A stretch of DNA of 63,766 nucleotides, the filler included, from Choristocarpus tenellus KU-1152 (lineage: Eukaryota; Protista; Phaeophyceae), in NCBI GenBank assembly GCA_964200185.2. It is 13 parts of 13 records of this genome, joined end to end, with 100 filler letters (N's around TTAATTAATTAA, not from the genome) between each part and the next. Parts side by side here need not be neighbours in the genome. Positions count along the whole stretch, not along the records: positions 50,105 to 52,898 come from CAXNAD020024697.1; positions 52,999 to 57,226 come from CAXNAD020015584.1; positions 57,327 to 63,766 come from CAXNAD020008139.1; 10 more parts are not named here. The stretch is one strand, 5' to 3'. Positions 50,105 to 63,709 of this stretch are shown here, piece by piece. Under the pieces are notes generated by a model. The model was not told the origin of the DNA. It worked only from the letters and a program-made list of their open reading frames with translations, and searched no databases. How positions within the stretch are numbered: position 1 is the first letter of the stretch; the number at the start of each line of letters is the position of its first letter. The translations under genes and the position numbers were made by a program.

Positions 50105-50939
50105 ACTTGTGAAAGGTCAATGAAAAAGCTCTCTCGCTTTTTGAAGAAGTGCGGGATGCAAAGCTTCCATCCAATCGAGCTACGCTCCAGATGCTAGGAC
50201 GGAGGGCGAGAGATAAGATCCTCAGCAGTGCAAAGTCCGACGAAGAACGCCGGCGGCTCAGCGAATTCAACGCAAGTGATCACTGGGTAACAAATTTTGT
50301 CACCTGCAACAATATATGCCAAGCATATCAAAAGAAACGATGAATACCACTCTGGACTGTTTTTTTCCTCGAGTCGGTCTTGATCCATTCCATTTTTGTC
50401 TGGTCGTTTCTTTTGATGTGCTTGGCATATACTTTCGTCTTGGAGTTGCGTCACAGTACGATTACGCCAGGAGAGCGACAATATGTATTAGAGAAAGACT
50501 GAAGAGACTCGGAGGTAGAAGGTACATACAGTATTCTCCTTCCTTATGGTGAGGCGGAAGATGGGCATTAACACTTAAACATCATTAAAAAAAAGCGCTC
50601 GTAATCGTTCCCATCCTATCCATGAAGCTTGTGATTGATTTCCCAGCTCACCACAATTAATTAGTACCTTCGACGATTGATTTCCCAGGAATGCCACGAT
50701 TGTTAGTCGATTCCACAATTGATTTTCCAGCTCGCCACAATTAATTAGTCGATTCCATGATTGATTTCCCAGGTCACCACGATTAATTAGTCGCTTCGAT
50801 GATTGATTTCCCAGGAATGCTACGATTGTTAATCAATTCGACGATTGATTTCCCGGTTTTGTACCAATTGGTACAAACTAATATTTTGTTCCGCTTTTTC
50901 GGGCATGCCCATGGGTGAACAAAGTCGGGTAACCCACTG
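50105..50939 (+). mobile_element. pogo/Tigger-like deletion derivative (CENP-B-type HTH remnant plus right end)
   Basis: LSLFEEVRDAKLPSNRATLQMLGRRARDKIL..FNASDHWVTNF at 50105-50340 resembles HTH_Tnp_Tc5 (F.aS.gWl..F). Putative end ...GTAACCCACTG|TA fits a CAGT terminus with TA target. Confidence 0.7.
50632..50856. repeat. 42-bp tandem repeat, about 5.4 copies
   Basis: YGATTGATTTCCCAG-type core at exact 42-bp spacing from 50632 to 50842. Confidence 0.9.
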
Positions 50940-52342
50940 TAGTAGTAGGCATACTTTAACGATTCTGATATGGGAATCTCAGAATTGTTTGGACACCACA
51001 CGCATTTGTCAATAATACGCGCGGTCATATACATTTTCGCGCGCCAACCACGTCATTGGAACTCGCCCATATCGACCAGTTCAATAAACCAATCACACCC
51101 ATAAGATCTGGATTTGACCAAACAGCCAAAAAAGGACTGTCAGAATACAGATATCTCCTGATTCTGACTGATCCATTTCTCTGTTGTGAAGTTGCTCAGT
51201 CATTCTGGAACATCTGTGCTTTCAGGTTTTGTTCTGTTCTGGATTTCCTCAACTGACTTTGAGGTGTTGGGGCAAGGTGCGATGACACTTCCACAGTGGT
51301 ACTCAGACCGAGTGTTCAAGGGGGCTAACTCACGCCACATTTTATGTCTGACATTACCACTGCCACATCTAATGCCAACAGCAAGGAGAACTCGGCTACA
51401 AGGAAAGGGGAGAAGAAGGCAACCTTAAGCACGACAACTGATGGAGGTAATGAGGGGAGTACCATTAATGCCTAACCTCGACCGATTCCCACGTCTACAT
51501 CGATAGACAAAGGCATCTCTGGTGGCTTGCTAGAGCAGGAAGGGATAGCGGAACAGAGGCTGAGTGAAGGCCCTGCCCGTAATGCAGACCTGAACCATTT
51601 CAGCGTGTTGACAGAAAACCGCGAGAAAAAGGTGAAGACAGTGCAGTGGCGACGTTCGATATCCAGACGTAGATGGATTGCCAACTCATCTCCGCCAAGA
51701 AAATTGTCAATGAGGTGATGGAGGGGACTCCGCATAACAAAGATTTGGCAGCAGTGGTCATGCAAACTTTAAATATGAAGATGAACATATTGTCCCACCC
51801 TACCTCGACCACATTCCCTGGGGCTTGGTACTTGATCCCTTGATCATGATACATCTTCTAACAAAGACTTACCCCATGAATTTCTGGAGTACAGGATTTG
51901 TCCTATTCCCCTGTTGTCAAATTTCAAAAATGGGTAGACCTTTCCCTCATCATGTGTATCTACAACAACCACAAGGAGCATTCGATTGGTCGGCTTTTAG
52001 TAATAATCAAAACATGTGCTGCCCTGTCAGAAATCTCTATTATTCCTCCCATGAACCCCTACAGGATAATATAGAACCACTGGAGGAGAGAGAGTGAGAA
52101 ATGACAGTATATAGAGATGCCCTGCTGATTCTGTTTCCCCAGAATAAGTAAGGAAGGATAAGGTATAAATGTGGTATGATGTCTAAGGCCTTGTTGCTAG
52201 GTTGGGAAACACTGAAGAAACCGTAAAACACAAGCCACAACGTATAAAAAGCTTTGAAGGTTTGCAAACCAAAAATTGCCACAAGCAGGACATGTAACAA
52301 CTGTTGCATCTGCTCTTTCTTGTTCCACACAATCTCTTTTGG

Positions 52343-52602
52343 GAGCCAAAGTATCTTAGAGGGTAGAGTCGCATCCATTTAGGGGAAAAAATCCAATGTT
52401 GCAATTTTGATGTAATTTTGGCTATCCTGTTTGTTAGGAAGCATCAATATCCTTGTTACGGACGCACCTTTTCATGACGTATACATTTTACCTACTCCAA
52501 AATATTTTGGAGTAGGAAAATGTCATACAAGTACTCCATGGGAAGCCAAGCCCGAAATAGACAAACAGGGCAAAACTCGTACCCTCTAAGATACTTTCAT
52601 TC
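52343..52602. mobile_element. MITE family B, complete, flanks TTGG and TTGA
   Basis: GAGCCAAAGTATCTTAGAGGGTA...TACCCTCTAAGATACTTTCATTC. Confidence 0.9.
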
Positions 52603-52689
52603 TTGAGCATGGGAGAATAATATTGGATTGCTTATGTGTGCCAACAGTACGAAAAAGTGGAAGAACACATTTGAGGTGCAAAAGAAACT

Positions 52690-52877
52690 TCAAACTTCCC
52701 TCGCGTGCTGAATGTTTCATCTCGCCACGTACGAATTCCTGGGTATGTAGAAAATGAACCTATAATGAACATTACTGTTGATACTGCTACTGACATCCCA
52801 GTAATATCACTCAGATGCATTGAAGCCCACCCAACACTTTGCAAGGCACCCATTCGGGAGATTCCAGCAGGTGCTCT
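52690..52877 (+). pseudogene. Retropepsin-like (Ty3/gypsy protease) fragment, cut by a MITE A end at 52878-52898
   Basis: VRIPGYVENEPIMNITVDTATDIPVIS resembles the G.v...p...lvDTGa...vis motif. Confidence 0.55.
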
Positions 52878-53869
52878 GACGCAAAGCATCTGGGGGGGNN
52901 NNNNNNNNNNNNNNNNNNNNNNNNNNNNNNNNNNNNNNNNNNTTAATTAATTAANNNNNNNNNNNNNNNNNNNNNNNNNNNNNNNNNNNNNNNNNNNNTC
53001 TACAGACACCAAGCAATCTCGCCGGGTTTATCCCCTTTATCCTCTTTGATGATTTTGGGGATACTTTAACACCTTGATCTCATGAAAATCCTGTTTCTAC
53101 CAGACATGCCTTTTCCAAATTTATTGAGCTTGTGCTTGTGAATGTATTTGATGTAAATTGACCTGCGTCCAGGGAGTAACACAGCCTCCACCCACTTGTC
53201 ATTTAAACAACCAGATACATCTCTTCCGCTCTAGTTCCGATCCTGCAAATCACATCCAGGAGAACTATGTGCTGCTATTTCAGTATTAGGTTCTGGAGGG
53301 AACTCATCCACTAGCACCCTAATCGACTCATCACTCACACAAATCGCAAGGGTAGTCTCAATGGAAAACAGAAAAACATATCAAAACGATGCAACTCTTG
53401 TAAAACCAGCAAAAAAATCAAAGGAGTTTGCACAGCCACCAGGTGAAGTGCTGCTGAATGGTGACCTCCAGCGTCCACTCTCCACTTCCTGAACTCTAAT
53501 CAATCCAGGAAAACTCTCTCGTCACCATCTTATACCCCTATCCAAACATTAAATATCAACCTCCTATTCCCCTTGTACTCTCGATCAAGTCCAGGAGGAT
53601 ACCCTTCTCAACACCCCCCAGCTCTTGGACTGAGAGTATATATGCCCTCTAGTCCTTGGGAGAATATGAGGGGAGAACACAGATAACAACAAACAAAACA
53701 CCACAGCTGTCTTTTCCTCATCCTTCATCAAGGAGAGGGTGTTGTAACTTGGCTGCCCCATCATCACGGGGGGAGTGTTGCAAATAGCAGGAGATTCCCC
53801 CTTCTTCAACAAGGGAACAAATTATATCATTCGCCTCATTGGGCGGCATTGTCCTTCCCTGGCAACAAC

Positions 53870-54210
53870 CAAAATTCCCTTTACTGGTTCCAACTCTGGT
53901 CGAGTTAATTCATCAGTCTGTTTAGACGGCATCGCTCTCTTCTGGCAACAAACGAGCTGAAGTTGTCCTTTACCTCCATAGTTGTAGCACACAGTCCTTC
54001 GAAAGAACACGGACCAGCATGATTGATCAGTCCATAGTTTGAACATCTTCTATGGGTCCTTATCTCGTCCCTATCACGCGATCCTGTCGTACCAGGGTCT
54101 GTACGTTGACCAGTCGTACCGTGCCCACCGCCTCGGCTGAACTTCTTTGTCCTCTTCCACGAGTTTATGGTCCTAGCGGCTAGAGCGCTCCTAGGCTCCC
54201 CTCGGTTTCC
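53870..54210 (-). mobile_element. Third copy of the copia gag zinc-knuckle segment
   Basis: Nucleotide-homologous to 36200-36535 and 32650-33270. Degenerate knuckles RRCSNYGLINHAGPC and VCYNYGGKGQLQLVC. Confidence 0.8.
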
Positions 54211-54279
54211 TGCTTCACGTTGCAAAGAAAAAGTTGCAAACGGGCGGCACGTTGAATTGTGTCCCTCGAACGCTCACTA

Positions 54280-54720
54280 CTACCGTGATTTTGTAGGTAG
54301 CATTTGGCAATCTGATAGTTCATCGTCCAAACAGTCCAGCATTACAATTTGGAGAACCTGCTCTGACATCTCATGTCCCATCGTCACCATCTGACCCACC
54401 CAGTCCAATATCGTGGTAGAAGTGATTTGGGGGTCGGACCCCCTTAGCATCTTGACGTTGATCACCATCTTATGAAATCTAGGGATTTACTCATCTCTTA
54501 GTGAATAAAAAAATGTTCCCTCAATTGCCTCCAGCCTCCGATCGTGACACTGCATTGCGAACAATGCACCTGTAGAAGCTAGTGGTACTCCTCAGCAAAA
54601 CGTCGTATGCCTTTTTGGCCCTGACGACCTCATCATCTCCACTCACATCTTCCCCCTTGATGAAGATTACGTCGCCCACTCTAAGAGGGTTCTCCCTCTC
54701 CTCCAATGATGGTAAACCAT
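54280..54720 (-). pseudogene. Copia-type gag (UBN2-like) remnant of another family
   Basis: KAYDVLLRST..CIVRNAVS.SEA and VKMLRGSDP..ILDWVGQMVTMGHEMSEQVLQIVMLDCL. Confidence 0.55.
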
Positions 54721-55759
54721 CGAATTAATTAAACCATAACGGATTATTGATCTCATAGAAGAGTTATCCAATCGAAGCGACCGATTTATCCCAGCCAATT
54801 AAAATGCTATAAAGGCTACATTGTACAAGGAGAAGACTTTTGGGTAGATGGTACATGGTAGATGCGCTCGTTTGCTAGCATCTCACACCCTTCCGCTGCC
54901 TCAGCCGAAACCCCGATCGTCAGGAAGAAAGAGGAACTATATCACCACAAAAGGACTTCCATGCAGGAATAGGTATCAAGCTAAACTTCGCTTTTTTAGA
55001 GAGAGGTTGTCAACCGTGTACTGGCAGCCCTTGCACCGATGCTTCAACCTGTTTTAACCCAGAACTCCTCGCCCGCTTTCTGTGCAGCCTTAAATGCCGA
55101 ACCTTCCTCCGTTCCCGGCAAACACGGTACCTCGTTCATTCCTAAAAAGCAATGCATCAGAACCCGTTCGATCAGTCACATCCGTTCCCCAGCCTGTGCT
55201 TTAATTCCCACTTGCTCCAAGTCTCAGACAGGGCAGGTGATAGAAGTGAGCACGATTCGGGCAAAGGCTTACCTCCATCATCGGCCTCCCAAGACGAAGT
55301 CGATACATGACTAAAGACACACCGAGTCTTCTTTCATCATATCTGTAGTCAAGACTGCTGCACGTCCATAACTGACGAGTGCAGGTATATATAAAACGAC
55401 TCGTTAGTTCCCAGGGGAATCCTCCCATACCTTTCGGGAACCCACCGAGGACCTCCGAGTACTCAATCCACTGTAGAGTCTCGTACGATGGCAGCCTTAA
55501 TAGAAACGCATCTCCGATACCTAGCAGCGATACAAGACTCGAAACTCCCTCCACTATTCGCGAGAAGCCTAACCGATTCGGACGCTGCAGAGTCGTCTTG
55601 AAGTTGCACCGTGGAGTCTGAGTTTCCAGTCATGTCATTCCAACTATAGACATTTAGACTTTCATTTCCACCTCTATAATATTCACCATGACAATGGCCT
55701 ATGGTACAAGTCAAGTATCGACATATGCCCCGCTATGTCACCCACGCAGAGTCCACTCG

Positions 55760-55850
55760 AGAATGCTTGTCCAAGTACTCCTTGACACGGGTGCAGGTCT
55801 CATCTATTCTTGTGAAAATTGCTTACCACAGCTCAACATGGCAGGCAAAG
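55760..55850 (+). pseudogene. Retropepsin fragment
   Basis: VQVLLDTGAGL motif only. Confidence 0.4.
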
Positions 55851-57326
55851 ATACCTTACATGCAGCAAACCCCCGAGGGTGCAACTTCCAATTGCGTTTT
55901 CCCCAGAGGATAAAGTGCGCAATGTGGCATTTAGGATAGTGATGGGGCTGCTTTACGAAATTATTCTTATAGGAGCAACATTTTGTAGACATCTACTATA
56001 AGCATACTGTCATTTAGAGAACGTCAAGGCTTCTGACCACCCCCACTGTCATCATGGGTACCTTTTGTCAGGATTCCAGCTCTCAGATCGAGCAGTAACA
56101 ATGTACCCTTGTTAGATCTTAGCAAATGGCAATGTAGTACAAAGGAAAGTTCTAAGATAGATAGTTGTCAGACTAGGTAAAAAAAGTGATGAACAGCTTA
56201 ACCTTACTACAATTAGATGTTTATCATGCCTTCTGGGACCTTCACCACCATAACACAAGATCATGCCCAACTAATATTGTTCCCACCCAAGAACAACTCT
56301 TGCCCTGATAGGATGTTTTACGTCTCTTCCCTATTGGTACTAGTGTCAAACATTGTGGAAGGATGAAAGCGGAAGAGACAGGTAGGACAAAGGGTCCAGT
56401 TTTTGATTTCAAGTCACTCTACTGGAGGGTACAGTTGAAGGATCGAGGTAAGGAGAAATTCAGCAGGGGAGAGACGAGTGCCTCCTCCAGAAAACCTNNN
56501 NNNNNNNGGTTACAACTGTATGCCTGAAGGACAAGGTAAGGTTCAGCCGATACATGCTAGAACAAGGGATTAAAGCAGTGATAATCATAGTCACTGAAAG
56601 GAATATGAGACAGCAGAAGCTGTAATGAAGAAGCTGCCCACATTAGAGCACACGGTAATATACGTCGGTTTTATGGGCTGAAGTTCTTAGAATATTTAAT
56701 CACTGAACTCACTACTTTTTTTTTCTTTTTTTTTCCTCTTTTCTATGTTGTAACAACTCTTTATATCTTCTATATCTCACTTTTGTTTTTCTAAGGTTAA
56801 TTTATTTTTAGTTCTCATCCCATCATCCCCTGATTTTCGATTTCATTTCTTTTTCATAGTTGTTACTCTCCTTATTTACCGACTTTTTTTTATTTTTTTA
56901 TTTTTTGTTCTTCCTGATATTTTATTTTTTATTCAGTTTCCACTTTGTTAAACTCATCTTCCACGTACAATTTTATTCATTTTCTATTAACTACCAGTTT
57001 TTATTTTATTTTTCTTTTGTTTCTCTTTTTTTATTATTTACTACTATTTGTTGCTCTCATTAGCCCTTCTTTATTTATTTTAATTCTTGTCATTGCCTGT
57101 TTTGCACACTAGCAGCCTTGAGTATGCTCTGTGCTTGAGGGGCATAGGACAGGCAATAATCAGATGCGGTGTAGGTCATGAATAATATAAGTCTAATCCT
57201 TGATAGCACTTGCATTTATATAACTGNNNNNNNNNNNNNNNNNNNNNNNNNNNNNNNNNNNNNNNNNNNNTTAATTAATTAANNNNNNNNNNNNNNNNNN
57301 NNNNNNNNNNNNNNNNNNNNNNNNNN

Positions 57327-57346
57327 CCCCCCAGATACTTTGACCC
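57327..57346. mobile_element. MITE family A right end at contig start
   Basis: CCCCCCAGATACTTTGACCC. Confidence 0.7.
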
Positions 57347-57759
57347 ACAATTTTAGAAACATGGGCGGTCTGTAGACTTCAGTACCAACAGAGTAATAGA
57401 ATATAAGATATTGCCCTCGTATCTAACCCCCCCTTAAACAGCAGGCTCCAGGTACTCTGGAGTATATAGCAATATCCATAAACAGGCCATTCACAAATCA
57501 CGTTCAACACATCTCCCTTCAGACATGATCATCACATGTTTTGCTGTTATGAAATATGTCATCCCACAGATATTACCTATTCTCCCAAATACTTTATAAT
57601 TCCGATTTGAACCGAGTTAACTTTTATCTTACAGATATTCCCACCTTCAAGGGTACGGCTGTGTGCCCTGTGGATAACACATTGAATGGCAGGGGCAGGG
57701 TACAACGATGCCATGATGTCTGGCTGGTGTTTTGCATACTACGCTGCCTTACCAACAGC

Positions 57760-58500
57760 TATTAGCACTCCCTTCCTAGCAGTGGTGTGCCCATCGATGA
57801 AAACCCACGCGGATCTACATGGATTAGTTGCATAATTCCCTGAACTTTCCCCGGCAAGGTGATGGGAAAAGTACAAACCCTGCCCAACATGCGGTTCCCG
57901 ATCCCCGTTTTGCTGTGGTCAAGAGATGCTCCCTTCTTGCTGCACAGTTGGAATCATTGCCTTCAAATTCTCATCATCAGTGCCTGTGATAAGCATCACA
58001 CATCATATTTCATGAACACGGGCACCCACAACACGATTTGATCCCAACAGTGCTTCGGAGCTTCAGGACAGAAGTTGTGGCACTCGCTAGTGTGACTAGT
58101 GCATTCGTTTTTCTCACAAAGTGATCAATAGTTTGGACAACCGGTTGCATCGCACTTTGGTATATCCTCAACTGACAACAACCGACAGCAACCCCCCCAT
58201 TCTGTGTAGCCACTGTAGAGAACAATTGGTGAAGGGCATACCTGCTAGGTGACACGAACTTGCCATGGTTCCAACAATACATGCAGGTGTGCACCAATCC
58301 CCTTCTGTCTGATTTCCTATGCCACTGCACCTCACTGCCCTCCAAACATGCGACCAGACCCCTCTCCCTGATGAGGTCAGGGCAGCGTGCCACGCCTGCG
58401 TAGTATTTGTAGCACTTGAAGGCATCCCTCACCAGCCTGCACTGTCTCCCTTATCCGCTTGTACTTAGCCTGACCATAGGACGATGCCTTCCATATCCCC
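57760..58500 (-). pseudogene. Highly degraded copia-like gag-pol remnant
   Basis: Weak motifs in copia order: FKCYKY..VARCP (knuckle-like), CIVGTMASSCHL (protease-like), QLIHVDPRG (integrase-like). Confidence 0.4.
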
Positions 58501-61500
58501 CCATCAGTCATGTACTTTACAGCTTCCTCACCAGTTGCCTTCCCTCATGAGCTTGAAAATACTGGCACACCTACTACCAAATGGCACATACTTCTTGAAG
58601 TAAGAATGCTTGACCTCGCCTAGATTTGCATTGGAACCACTCCCTCTGGGAAGAGTCACAGGTGAAGACGGAAAAAAGATATGACAACAAACAACATAAA
58701 AGGCATGGAAGGCCAACATAGGACCCAAAACCGATCAGAGTCAATGACAGTGCCTCATATAAGGGCAACAATTGAGTTTTCAACTGCATCTATAAAGAGT
58801 GGCATTTCTGATTGTATTGTAATAAAAGGTGTGGTACGGGAATTATAATTGGTGAAAATAAGAACAAGGGAACCTATTGCTGTGACCTGACAAGAATGTG
58901 TGTATTCCTCTGCCAGTGAATATATGTCAATCTTGTGACAATTGCCTACTTCAATGAAGGTCAAGCATATAGGTGTGCGTGTGGGTGTTAGCAATGAGAT
59001 GTAAACAATCGACAAGGTCTACGGAAGGATCAGAGTCTATTTTCTGCCTCAACTGTATGTACAACACAAACAACACTTGGTGGGCCTAGTGTTATTTTCG
59101 AGGTAAAACGCCTAATGTCTGGATAAAAGATATGACATATTCATGCTCACCAGAGCTGGGAAAGGGGACCCGTGGTCTTGCTTGAAGTGACATCATTTCA
59201 AGAGATATGAAGAGGATGTGACGGCCCCTGCTATATACGAGAACCAACAGGTTCGTAAGTACAGCCCTAACCAGCTGGGTACACAAAGTGCCATGGGACC
59301 AAAGAAGGGTAAGGTTGGGTGTGTCAAAATATATTAGTGTGCCTATTCTAGGTAAGGGAAAGCGACAAGATGCATGTTATTGCGGAGGGAAACAAATGTG
59401 TTACGTATGTACGAGCCCTTGGACCCCGACTCTCAACGTTATCAACGATGGGCTGCAGGGATGGACGAGGCTGTGCAAGGACGATAGCATTCCTCCTTTT
59501 TCCCGTCCCATGACTTTTCCACGTAAGGTATCCTGGACGAGAGGGGATACTACAGGCCAAGGCAAATTACCTATGCATATCGAAACACGTGGAATATACA
59601 TTCGTTATCATGAACATGCTATACTATCCTAGAACGCACCATGGCTTCCAATTCATTGTGCAGGATATTTAACTGCACAGATTTTTTTGTTTGTTTCATA
59701 TCTTGCATTTTTCCCACAAAAAATGTAGTGGTTTCTTGTGTATAGAAGGCTACAATCTCTCAAATATAGATACATAACTCGAGGAGTAGAAATAACACGG
59801 ATTATCATATACTCACCTCAGGAGATTCCGAAAAAATAAAAAAAAATATTGTGTGTACTGGTTTCCAACCCCTCAATTTACGATATATAAGAAAATGTAG
59901 CCAGAATAACAGAAATTATCCTATACTGAAATGAACATATTCACCATATATACGCATTTGCATCCTACTTTCCACGCGTTCATTCTCACCGTACTCTACT
60001 TGATATTGTGGAATGTCTAAGATAAGATAGTCAATACTTTGGTGCTCGTGAAAAGCCAGCACCAGGATCTACTTTCCCCCAAACAGGCAGTCTTGTTTTA
60101 CAAGGTAGGAAGAGGAATGCTTTGTCACCTTATTTAATAGTTACAACCGATACCATCAAGTGCGTTAGGACTGGGATTGAAATAATATCACTCGCAAAAC
60201 GCTTCTATATCAACTGCAAATGTCAATGTTGCGAACCATGCAGGTATTGTTAGTAGGATATCTGTTGATCGAATAGGATTGGAGCGGAGTGAGGTTGAGG
60301 TTGGGACACACACACGAAAAGGAATATGTGCCACACGAGGACTTGTATTGTGTACATGGCCATGAATGGCACAGGACGCCTCCTGTACCAGGGTATATTT
60401 ACTGGTGTTGCATTTGTTTGATGGAAATATACATGTGTGTGCGTGTGTGCGTGTGTGTGTGTTTGTGTGTGTGCGGTCAAAGCTATTCGTATCTCACCAA
60501 TTTTCTTCTCAAACCCCAAGCTCTACCAGCTGTTCTGTTGTGAAGGAGTGGACTCTGATAGCAAATGATGACGCAGATCTCTAACCCTGACAAGCTCCCT
60601 CAACTTGCCAAGAACAGCAGATCCTTTGTTGTTGATTCTACGCCTGATTGAACCTAACCAGGTGGAGTAGTATACTTGTTCTGAGACAAGGCAATAGGTG
60701 GAAGCCTTGGCATGTTCTGGGGGTCAGTGACACATGCAACAGACATAATAAAAGGACAGTATGAATGTTAGCCTTGCTCTCATGACCTCCAATTGTCCAC
60801 CCCCATTGATCTTGATGGACGGTTCATGATGGAGGTGAGCACGGTTATGGAGAAGGGGGCAAGGGGACGGGACCATAGGAAAGCATATGTGTTAAGGTAA
60901 ACAAAACGGCGTCACCTTGTAGTATAGTCTAGGAGAAGCTGTATGAGCAACGGTACTAGAGATCTAATCCATTTTAAATTTGAAACGTGTAGGAGAAAGG
61001 GATGGTGACGATGTGATTGGCATGCTCCTCACCTTTGCTCTGCCTAATTTGTTTCCCATTTTCAAACGACCTACCCTGAAGTGTGAGATCATTACTTTGT
61101 TTAGAGCTAACAATGACACCCCCTCGCCAACACCGATTGCACAACCCCAAAGTCGCTGTTTCCCAGAAATCAACTCAATTCCATAATTTGAATGTACTCC
61201 AAGCACACGACAAAGCAAGTGGGGATTATAAACATGATCTGTACCCTCACAGAAAACACTAGGAAGGGCTAGTTCACAAAAGTCAGCGTAAAGGGAGTAG
61301 ATGCACATACAATATGGTGTGTAGTTTAGAAGACACCCATATATATTGGAAATAGTGAACCTGAACTCTCGCCATTAAAGTAAAAAAATGCTGCTCTTGG
61401 GACACGTTTGTCCACTGCATCATACACCAGCACGACTTCCAGACAGTATCCCCTGCCTTTCTTGTTTGTATACCTTTCACGATATCTTTCTTAGTCATAC

Positions 61501-61547
61501 ATATTGTAACCCACCAACTAAACCAATACCATATTTTAATCATTTTT

Positions 61548-62460
61548 TTTCACAGGGCCAGCAAATTAAAATAGTTCCTTCCGTCAGTCGAACCGGTCTC
61601 ACAGTTATTTAATATGTCCCAGTCCATGTCCACTAGTTGTTGAACCGGTTCATGTCCGCCAGCCGGACCGGATCAAACATTATCTAACTTGTTGGGACCA
61701 TGTCCGCTGTCTATTTTATAGGTCCATGTCAGCCGGGCTGATCGGGTCGACCATTCTCACGTGTCCGGACCATGTTCACTGGGTATTGTACTGGTCCGTG
61801 TCTGCTGGCAACCAACCTAGCCTTTTCTTGCATGTCCGGGCCATGACCGAAGCCCAGTTCATTTTTTTCTTAACATGTTCGGACCATGTACACTACGTGT
61901 TATACAAATCCAACTGTTGAATTTGTTTGGGCATTCGATGTGAAGAAATAAAAGTGTATGACACGTCGAAGGTTAAGTTATACTCCAGTTCGTGCATATA
62001 GATAGTACTCTTTCAAACCATCTCTGAACTTTTTAGGTTCGAAATAATCAAGAACATATATGAATGTGCAACGAGAATATCAGGGGGTATGTATCGGTAG
62101 AAATTGTTTTGTTTTACATCCTATTTACACGTTTTCATCTATTCCAGTGCCTTTCACAGGGCCAGTAAATTAAAATGGTCCAATCCACGAAGGAGACCGG
62201 TCCTACAACTATTTGACATATCTCGGTCCATGTCCACTACTAGATGCTGAACCGGTCCATGTCCGCTAATAGGCCACTCTATTTTTTTCTTGCATGTCCG
62301 GACCATGTCCACTACGTACTGTAGTAGTGCAGCAGTGGAAAATATGTCCATGTACATGTTGAAGACCAAGTTATACTCCAGTATGTGCTTAATAGATGGT
62401 ATTATTTTAAGTCATCTCTGGACTGCTGGCGTCGTTCGAAATAATGAACACATAAAACGA
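61548..62460. repeat. Two diverged direct copies of a transposon-end-like sequence rich in CATGTCC motifs
   Basis: TTTCACAGGGCCAG(C/T)AAATTAAAAT at 61548 and 62152. Shared TTCTTGCATGTCCGG and AAGTTATACTCCAGT blocks. Confidence 0.75.
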
Positions 62461-62856
62461 GGAGACATATATTCGTTTTTTTTTTCATTTTAATATTTAT
62501 TGTTTGTACACTCGGCCCTTAACGAATCAGTGTCAAAACACACCTTGTATTCAAAAACCACATTAGCGACCAAAACATCAAACATATGTGGATGTATTTG
62601 TATTCAGTGTTGAAGAAGTAACACAGGAAACAACATAGATCGCAGTGTAGACATCACATTGCATTTTCGAACCTTTATGGGAGTGTTGTATTCCAGCTGG
62701 TAGTGAAATGGTAGGTAGATTTTAGAGAGATGACTTTATCTTTCTATAATCTACATTCGTTGAATACCAGCTATAGCATAAAAGCTTCTAATTACAAAGT
62801 GATGTGTACACCATATCAATATAATGTTATACTTCCAAATATATTATGATAACTAT

Positions 62857-63460
62857 CTGTCTAGACGGGTCATGCGTTTTAAGCTGGAGTCACTAGGTAG
62901 ATGGGCAAGGAGGGTTTATTAGATTCGTGGGATGCTTCCCTAGCTCCTCACCCTGGGGTGCAGGAATAGGTTTGGGACACAGGAATGCAGTAATACAACA
63001 TAGATATGTGGTAGTAAAATAGGACTTTTCACTTTTGTGACAACTGTTACTTTTTAAGGGATTTTTCAGACATGTGAATAGTTTCAATTAGTTTCTCCCC
63101 TCTCACATGTACAAAGTATCAGAGGGCAAAATAAACATATTGTTACAGATCATTTTCAATATCATAAGAATCCCTGGAAATGTAAGAGTTGTCGCAAATG
63201 TCAAACATATATTTGTACAATCTATTTGCTATTTGACTACCAGCTATGCTACAACACAGGACGAGGAGCTAGGGAATCATCCCAAGAATCTGACAGGCCC
63301 CGCCTTGCCCGTCTCCCTGGTGTCTCCAGCTTAAATCGCATGACACGTCTTGATAGAGTCACTTGTGTTGTGACAGACGCATGACACTATCTGTCGTAAA
63401 CGGGATTTGACAGCTCCTTTCCTGTAACCTCCCACCCCTCTCCCCCCTACCATGTGCGAC
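62857..63460. mobile_element. Two family C fragments in inverted orientation
   Basis: 62857-63135 matches 12193-12482 forward. About 63160-63460 matches the same region in reverse. Confidence 0.75.
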
Positions 63461-63677
63461 AGATGTGTCAGGAAAAAAGTCAATTCAACTAATTCAACTA
63501 TTGTGGAATGACTTCATGGTGATCCCCCTCTCATGATATTCTCATCACTCTACAATTTCTGCCATTCCCTACAGTCTTTCCACTTATCCAAACCTTAACC
63601 TCGTCCTCTCGGTTACGGTTCTTCTTGGTCCATCTGGTCCGTCTTGCCGGGTGATTCTACTCACCACCCTTGTCTGA

Positions 63678-63709
63678 GAGACAAAGTATCTTAGAGGGTA
63701 GAACCGCGT
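63678..63709. mobile_element. MITE family B left end only
   Basis: GAGACAAAGTATCTTAGAGGGTAGAACCGCGT followed by unrelated sequence. Confidence 0.75.

Noticed and set aside
50632-50856. Repeat-spacer-like pattern
   Set aside because: The variable 27-bp parts are homologous to each other, so this is a tandem repeat.
59288-59632. ORF with LCKDDSIPPF, faintly like a piggyBac catalytic motif
   Set aside because: Single weak motif with no TTAA, TIR or further support.
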